DNA of 22,932 bases from Bdellovibrionota bacterium. GTDB taxonomy: Bacteria; Bdellovibrionota_C; UBA2361; OMIW01. Shown piece after piece: positions 18,201-22,932 of the stretch (positions within the stretch are counted from its first letter, which is position 1; every line of letters begins with the position of its first letter). Position numbers and translations under genes: made by a program. The notes under the pieces were generated by a model, which was given only the letters and a program-made list of their open reading frames with translations, had not been told where the DNA came from and searched no databases. The DNA is taken from positions 1 through 22,932 of the forward strand of contig JBIJBT010000044.1 in the NCBI GenBank assembly GCA_044345055.1, given 5' to 3'.

Positions 18201-18906
18201 GCTCTCGGGGACAGATGCTCTTATCGGAACAGAAACTGCGATTGTAGTTGTCAATCTTGCTGATCCACTAAAGCCTTCGGTGCGCTCAGTGATTCCTGCC
18301 GATCGGCCCACAGGTATTGCGGTCCAATTTCGTTATGCATTTGTAACCGATAAAGAGGGATTCCAGGTAATAGATCTAACCGATATTGGGAAGCCGCGCT
18401 CAGTTGCCTCGTCAAAAATTCGGCTTCCGGATGCGCGGGGTGTGTATGTGGCTCGCACATATGCCTATGTCTCAGGTGGGCGTGAGGGGCTTGTGATTAT
18501 TGATATCGAGAGACCTGAAAAGCCGTTCATCTATCAGCGATTTAACGACGATGGGAGAATATCGGATCTAAATGATCTAAAAATAGCATCAACAAACGCC
18601 TCTCTTTTTGCATATCTTGCTGATGGAAATAATGGGCTGAAAGTTGTCCAGCTTACCGATCCAGAGCGCACCCCCAATTTTTACGGATTTTCTCCCGAGG
18701 TAAAACCAAAGGTCATCGCTAGCCGTGATACCTCGGGTTCCGCAATTGCGATATCGAAACCGCTCGATCGAGACAGAGCCGTTGATGAAAATGGTAATCA
18801 GGTGAGTGTATTTGGTCGTCTTGGTTCACGCCCTTTGACCTTAGAGGAGATGAGAAAATTATGGGTTCGTCCTGATGGCGCTATATACACCGTTGATGGA
18901 GATTAA
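15217..18906 (+). CDS. Large exported decaheme c-type cytochrome with C-terminal LVIVD-repeat beta-propeller
   Basis: Signal peptide (…CSVAFA|D); ten CxxCH: CRSCH, CADCH, CGGCH, CTACH, CMVCH, CSDCH, CIDCH, CFTCH, CAGCH, CADCH; about 7 LVIVD-like repeats (GFEAIQV, GFRVFDV, GLILVSV, AIVVVNL, GFQVIDL, GLVIIDI, GLKVVQL). Likely ATG at 15217, overlapping the barrel gene by 20 nt. Confidence 0.9.
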   Translation: MSSSSSKAKKAILFLSALVVGCSVAFADDTIRMGLTKAHQESMSAGCRSCHTASDSETMHKNPAVTIGCADCHGGNSKIFRGSFAPESKEYDELKKQAHVLPTDRKTFSTSANPKHSYSKLLKESPEFVRFFNPGDLRVAPEACGGCHQEIVSAVQKSLMTTSAMLWGGASYNNNILPYKRYILGESYAKDGTPQSIHADTKPTDAQRALGVLDSLFPLPQWEVTSPGDVFRVFERGGLFIRSQFPEIGNPNPLEEPGKPDIRASNRGPGTGSRVSIPVLNIHKTRLNDPHLSFLGTNDHPGDYRSSGCTACHAIYSNDRQPLHSGDYAQHGNTGLSISKDPTIPRDESGHPLRHEFTRAIPTSQCMVCHMHQPNMFVNSYLGYTMWDYESDAPSMWPKKQKYPTDREIFESNYKNPEAAAVRGLWSDEQFLNEVIKLNADLKDTQFADYHGHGWNFRAIFKRDRKGNLLDKSGNRVAHDDPKKFKKAVHLADIHLEKGMHCSDCHFGGDAHGNGNMYGEVAHAVEIGCIDCHGSVSKRATLKTSGPAAPQGGTDLSLKRTPFGEELFSWKSDGLYQRSMVTKGLEWRVKQVRDSLDPASPHYNKKSAQAKSALRFSANVKEVSFGDLKAIDAAGKKLPELLAHSEDTMSCFTCHSSWVTSCAGCHLPIEANWKKESNHYDGKTSRNLATYNPQVARDDMFQIGKHGPAKGNRIVPVRSSSALILSSTDINRQKIYVQQPPVSAAGFSSQAFAPHFPHTVRTTETKGCADCHISKQNDNNAIMAQLLLQGTNFVNFMGYHTYVATGSEGFEAIQVTEWEEPQAVIGSYLHRYAYPDFYKAHQERGGKLQTSHHHGSEGGAINAIQLRGEYLYTTADEDGFRVFDVAEVANKGFSERIVTAPVSPLGQDTHVPTAHATGMVLPTTMPIAPFRKPLPENEEQSMHPLYRYALITDSEEGLILVSVDTLADGDPSNNFLERGLTWNEGGVLTGARTIALSGTDALIGTETAIVVVNLADPLKPSVRSVIPADRPTGIAVQFRYAFVTDKEGFQVIDLTDIGKPRSVASSKIRLPDARGVYVARTYAYVSGGREGLVIIDIERPEKPFIYQRFNDDGRISDLNDLKIASTNASLFAYLADGNNGLKVVQLTDPERTPNFYGFSPEVKPKVIASRDTSGSAIAISKPLDRDRAVDENGNQVSVFGRLGSRPLTLEEMRKLWVRPDGAIYTVDGD

Positions 18907-18919
18907 CGAGATAGGATCG

Positions 18920-19258
18920 CTATTCCCGAAAGAGTTGGTTTAAAGCGAGATCGATTTTTTCCTCACTTAGAGGACGTGAGAGAAGATGGGTGCCGAGCTC
19001 TACAAACGGAGTGAGTGACTCGGCGGTTCCAACAACTAGACACTGTCGTCGCTGAGTTTCTGAGAGTGCGCTTACATATTGAGGCTCAGTGATTACTTTC
19101 TCAATTAAGGGAGATTCCTCCAGGTGTCGCAAAATTTTTGTCGGCACGCCGCGAGCCTCAAGAAGATCAGCAAAAAGGTAGCTTATTAGGTGTTCATGGA
19201 AACAGACACACACAGCCGCAAAATCATCAAGGTTAGCTATGGTGTTTTCTCGATGCAT
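18920..19258 (-). CDS. Small stand-alone protein resembling a degenerate (aspartate-less) receiver domain
   Basis: beta/alpha pattern VCVCFHE-(LFADLLEARG)-…-KVITEP-…-CLVVGT-…-LLSRPLSEEKIDLAL parallels the REC pattern ILVVDD…LVITD…YLxKPF. ATG at 19258 (track start TTG 19273). Confidence 0.5.
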   Translation of the reverse strand: MHRENTIANLDDFAAVCVCFHEHLISYLFADLLEARGVPTKILRHLEESPLIEKVITEPQYVSALSETQRRQCLVVGTAESLTPFVELGTHLLSRPLSEEKIDLALNQLFRE

Positions 19259-19778
19259 TAGAATAATTCGCAATAAGAGAGGTAAAGAGATCTGAGTATA
19301 TCGTTGTTCGATTTTGGCGAAGAGGTTTTATTGATAGTTTTTTAGCCGAATAAAGCGACAAATTTGATCGATTTTTGCGGTTTAGACCCTCTTAAACTTC
19401 CTCGGTACGTATTATTCCTCTATCCTTTTTGTGACCACACTTTATTAGATGTCTTTGAGGAAGGGAGGGATGCACTTGGGATGAAGTAGTAGGGAGGTGA
19501 AAATTTGAAGAAGAAATTTATAGAATCTAGATGAACAGCCGATAGTGTTCGGTGATGGCGTAGTTTGTCACAAGCTGGACAGGTCGCATCGTTCATGAAA
19601 GACTCATGGCTTGTTAAGCGGGATGAGAAAAGTTACTAAATTTAATGTAAATTCCCCTCTATGAAGCTTATCGATCAATTTAGGTGAGAATAGGGTTCTG
19701 GGTAGAACGCAATTTCTGCAGCGCCGTGCACCAATATATCCTGCGCGGGGATCGTGATTAAAAGAAATCGGTAGTGAT

Positions 19779-20672
19779 ATGGATTCTGATAGCGTAAATC
19801 GAGAGCTGGACAAAGTTAGAGAAAGATTAAGCGACTGGGTATTGTCGGGAACCACCGAGGGTGCTGAAAAGCGGAGAAAGGCTCTTGGTAGATTGATGAA
19901 GGCGATTTTTATCCCATGTGTTATTGGCCTTGTCGGTGGTTCCATATTTCTCTCGAAGTGGGGAAATGATTTGGGAATGCAAAAAGAGGCGCCCCACAAA
20001 CTTTTGGGAACGTTGGAGGAAACTTACGCAAGCTCTGCCTCAGATGAGACTGGTGCGTCTCTGGCAGTGGTTGAGAAAACAGGTAAAGAGTTAGGTGAGG
20101 AACTAGTTAAAAAGCCAGAGCCAAAAAAAGGGGTGGTACGTGAACCGACTGCGACCCCCGAAAGTAAGGAAGTCACTGCGGACACACCGCCCCTAACCAT
20201 TCCAAAAGTTACTGAACCGATACCGTCGGTTCAAATTGTTCAAAAAGAGGAAGTCTCGGTTACAAAACAGGAAACAGTGCCATCTCAATCGCCAACGACT
20301 GCCCAAGATTCAGTTATGGCTCCACGAGCAATTTTGAAGCGCTCAGTATTCCCGGCCACATTTGGTTTCGGAAAATCAAAACCGATTCTGCTAACCGAAG
20401 ATTTAGAGCTATTTAAGCTCATTATAAACGGATGTTCCGGAACATTGGTTATAGAGGGCCATTCCGATGGTTTAGGAACACCGGATAGAAATGACGATAT
20501 TTCACGGTCACGAGCATCCGCCGTTTCGCAGCTACTATTGTCTAGAGGTTTACTCGATAACGGAAAGCGGTACGAGGTGACGTCGATGGGAGGAACCCGA
20601 CCTGTAGCAAAAGATTCGACAGAGGAGGGGAGAGCTGCAAATCGACGGGTTGAAATTTGGTGCCGATCATAG
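19779..20672 (+). CDS. OmpA/MotB C-terminal (peptidoglycan-binding) domain protein with N-terminal TM anchor
   Basis: IEGHSD…NDDISRSRASAV…GRAANRRVEI signature, a TM helix at aa ~42-60 and an extended E/K/P/T linker. Confidence 0.9.
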   Translation: MDSDSVNRELDKVRERLSDWVLSGTTEGAEKRRKALGRLMKAIFIPCVIGLVGGSIFLSKWGNDLGMQKEAPHKLLGTLEETYASSASDETGASLAVVEKTGKELGEELVKKPEPKKGVVREPTATPESKEVTADTPPLTIPKVTEPIPSVQIVQKEEVSVTKQETVPSQSPTTAQDSVMAPRAILKRSVFPATFGFGKSKPILLTEDLELFKLIINGCSGTLVIEGHSDGLGTPDRNDDISRSRASAVSQLLLSRGLLDNGKRYEVTSMGGTRPVAKDSTEEGRAANRRVEIWCRS

Positions 20673-20750
20673 ATATCGGAAGCTGGGTGATAAGATTTGC
20701 GAGGTCTTCTGCCACTTTGCTGAGTTAAAAGATAGAAGAGAGAAGGGGAA

Positions 20751-22055
20751 ATGGTGATGGTACGTTACGGATTTTTGGTGGTTCTAATACTCATTTGCAT
20801 GGCCGGCTCGGCTAGTGCAGAGGGTATAAACGAGGTTACTGCCGATTATCTAGCCCGAACGTGGGTTTTGCTGTGCGCCTGTTTGGTGTTTTTCATGCAG
20901 ATAGGTTTTTTGGCGTTTGAGGTTGGATGCGTTCGGAAAAAAAACACCGATGTAATCGCGATGAAGAATGTCGGCGACTGGTTGGTTACCACAGTCGTCT
21001 TTTTTTTGATCGGTTTTGGATTCATGTTCGGTAGCTCTTACAAAGGGATTATTGGAACATCACTATTTCTTGGAGATAAAGTAACCGAGCAGGGTGGAAT
21101 GGGTTGGGAATTCTTCCTATTTCAGCTCGCTTTTGCGGGAACATCTGCCACTATCGTTTCAGGAGCAACCGCTGAGCGACTAAGCTTTAAGGCGTATTTG
21201 GCGATCACGGTTATGATGGCCGCCTTCATCTATCCTATATTTGGTCACTGGGTGTGGGGGAATGCTTTTCTTTCCGAGAATGACCCCTGGTTGGTAAAGC
21301 TTGGATTTATCGATTTTGCTGGATGTAGTGTGGTTCACAATGTAGGAGCGTGGTCGAGTCTTGTTGGGACATGGTTTATCGGTCCACGAATAGGAAGATA
21401 TCGCAGTGACGGAACACTCGCTCCACTTGAAACGAACGGTCTGCTGTGGAGCTGTGTTGGAACACTCGCTCTTTGGTTTGGTTGGTGGGGATTTAACGGG
21501 GGAAGTAATCTCGAGTTCAACGAGAGCGTAGGATTAATCATTTTTAATACAAACATGGCTGGCTCTGCTGCAGGGCTTGCAGCTTTTATTCACTGTGCCC
21601 TTTTTCAGCGAAACAGAGATATAGGATTTAAGACTCTTGGCGGAATTCTTGGTGGCCTCGTATCGATAACCGCGTGTTGCCATATTGTGACACCCGGGTC
21701 TGCCTTTGTTATAGGTGTCGTTGCTGGTGTCCTGCACAATATCTCCTACGATCTAGTAATCAGAAAATGGAAGATTGATGACGTGGTGGGAGCCATACCG
21801 GTGCATGGATTTTGCGGAGTGTGGGGCCTCTTGTCGGTGGCTCTTTTTGGCCAATCTGAACTTCTTCCAAAGCCAATGCTAGAACAGCTGTGGGTTCAGT
21901 GCATTGGGATTGTAACCTGTTTTGTTTGGACGGTCGTATCCTCATTTATCTTGTTCGCTTTCATTAAATTGTTCATGGGAACTCGGGTCTCTGCTATGCA
22001 TGAGGTAAGAGGTCTTAGACTTGATGAGAATGAAGAAGGCTTAGAGGAAGATTAG
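20751..22055 (+). CDS. amt: Ammonium transporter (Amt family)
   Basis: FQLAFA, IVSGATAER, HWVW, DFAGCSVVH, LWFGWWGFNGGS and DDVVGAIPVH motifs; the twin His and Phe gate are present; signal peptide; purine-rich SD. Confidence 0.95.
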   Translation: MVMVRYGFLVVLILICMAGSASAEGINEVTADYLARTWVLLCACLVFFMQIGFLAFEVGCVRKKNTDVIAMKNVGDWLVTTVVFFLIGFGFMFGSSYKGIIGTSLFLGDKVTEQGGMGWEFFLFQLAFAGTSATIVSGATAERLSFKAYLAITVMMAAFIYPIFGHWVWGNAFLSENDPWLVKLGFIDFAGCSVVHNVGAWSSLVGTWFIGPRIGRYRSDGTLAPLETNGLLWSCVGTLALWFGWWGFNGGSNLEFNESVGLIIFNTNMAGSAAGLAAFIHCALFQRNRDIGFKTLGGILGGLVSITACCHIVTPGSAFVIGVVAGVLHNISYDLVIRKWKIDDVVGAIPVHGFCGVWGLLSVALFGQSELLPKPMLEQLWVQCIGIVTCFVWTVVSSFILFAFIKLFMGTRVSAMHEVRGLRLDENEEGLEED

Positions 22056-22093
22056 AGTTGAGCGGGATAGTTAAATTAATTTCCAGATAATTT

Positions 22094-22849
22094 ATGGAAG
22101 AGATATTCGGAAAATTGGTTAGCATCCCCGGCGTGATGAGTATCACCGTTCTCGCGCTGAATGGAGAGCTGATTTGTCAGAAGGCTGTTGACGGTCAATT
22201 CCCCATTGATGCCGATAGGCTTGTACCGAGTATCGAGGAGATCGGTTATCTTCTCGATTTTCTCGGTGATAGCGGTGGTCCAGAGGTAGTATTGCAAGGC
22301 ACTTCCCTACAGGCCTATCTCAGACGAGAGTCCGGAGTACTAATAGTTCTTATCCTCGAGCGGAGTGCAAATCTTCCAACAGTTTACATAACTCTCAATA
22401 GCACTTTGCCGAAAATGAGAGCGATGTTGTCAGCGGGTGGGGCTGCAGGTAAGCAGTTATCTGTAGAGGCAACGGTTGCAGGAGCAATTAACCTGAATCG
22501 CCCTGCAATGCAGGCGCCATTGGTGGACAATAAATCTTCGAAGCTGCCACTGCCGGCTTCTGCTGCGCCGCGATTAAAACAATTATCTTTAATCGGAGAT
22601 TGGGATGCCGGTAAGGTGCCAGCAGATGCAGTGGGATTGCAATTTGTGAATCATCTGTACGCGTCGTGTGAGGTTTTCATGGGCGACGCGACTCGGGAAA
22701 TACTGGTGCGGGAGATGAAGAGTTTGAGCGTTTCTCCCTCTACTCTCAGTGTTAGATTGGTGCAGGACTTAATAGATCGGGTAGTGGGGAACTTGGAGGA
22801 CGCGCGGGAACGTAGAGAATTGCGGGCTCAGATTCTTGGTGATAGGTAG
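22094..22849 (+). CDS. Roadblock/LC7 (MglB-like) domain protein with an additional C-terminal helical domain
   Basis: N-terminal LVSIPGVMSITVLALNGELI followed by a helix, three strands and an ANL…helix matches the Roadblock topology; then an A/P-rich linker and a ~70-aa helical C-terminal domain. Confidence 0.6.
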   Translation: MEEIFGKLVSIPGVMSITVLALNGELICQKAVDGQFPIDADRLVPSIEEIGYLLDFLGDSGGPEVVLQGTSLQAYLRRESGVLIVLILERSANLPTVYITLNSTLPKMRAMLSAGGAAGKQLSVEATVAGAINLNRPAMQAPLVDNKSSKLPLPASAAPRLKQLSLIGDWDAGKVPADAVGLQFVNHLYASCEVFMGDATREILVREMKSLSVSPSTLSVRLVQDLIDRVVGNLEDARERRELRAQILGDR

Positions 22850-22861
22850 GGTGATATCTAT

Positions 22862-22932
22862 ATGAATAGCGATTCTACCCCGACTCCTCTTTCGGTATTC
22901 ATACCAGAGGTGTCTGCTCACTTGATAGCTTC
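22862..22932 (+). CDS. Probable 5' end of a further gene (truncated by the window edge)
   Basis: ATG at 22862, 12 nt after the previous stop and preceded by aggtagggtg. The frame (MNSDSTPTPLSVFIPEVSAHLIA…) is open to the edge but too short to assign. Confidence 0.4.
   Translation, partial: MNSDSTPTPLSVFIPEVSAHLIA

Noticed and set aside
10244..18906. Naming the genes mtrA/mtrB/mtrC
   Set aside because: Only the two-decaheme-plus-barrel inventory is analogous; sizes, heme spacing, the TM anchor and the LVIVD propeller differ.
19604..19999. 131-aa minus-strand ORF, and the other short ORFs nested in long genes
   Set aside because: They overlap well-supported genes, show no recognisable motifs and read as shadow frames.
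19779..20672. Calling the OmpA-domain protein MotB
   Set aside because: There is no conserved Asp in the TM helix and no adjacent motA.

Overview
Gene-dense window from a diderm bacterium, with no RNA genes, CRISPR array or mobile element that I can support. Left arm: a Hanks-type Ser/Thr kinase, an LTxxQ-like coiled-coil membrane protein, and a secreted S8 subtilase with a Thr/Pro repeat tail. The centre (about 5.3-18.9 kb) is a seven-gene redox locus: a divergently transcribed cytochrome c554-like protein (4 CxxCH + 1 CX4CH); a TrxR-fold FAD/NAD(P)H oxidoreductase fused to two cyclic-nucleotide-binding domains and a 4x[4Fe-4S] domain; a membrane protein with two H-x13-H pairs (probable diheme cytochrome b); a membrane-anchored decaheme cytochrome c; a tandem GlcG/HbpS-type lipoprotein; an outer-membrane beta-barrel; and a large exported decaheme cytochrome c with an LVIVD beta-propeller. 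Together these look like a trans-envelope electron conduit from cytoplasmic NAD(P)H towards the cell surface, possibly gated by cyclic nucleotide. That function is inferred, not shown. Right arm: a stand-alone aspartate-less receiver-like protein, then an OmpA-domain protein, an Amt transporter with no adjacent glnK, a Roadblock/LC7-like protein and the start of a further ORF. All family calls come from motif recognition by eye; no searches were run.
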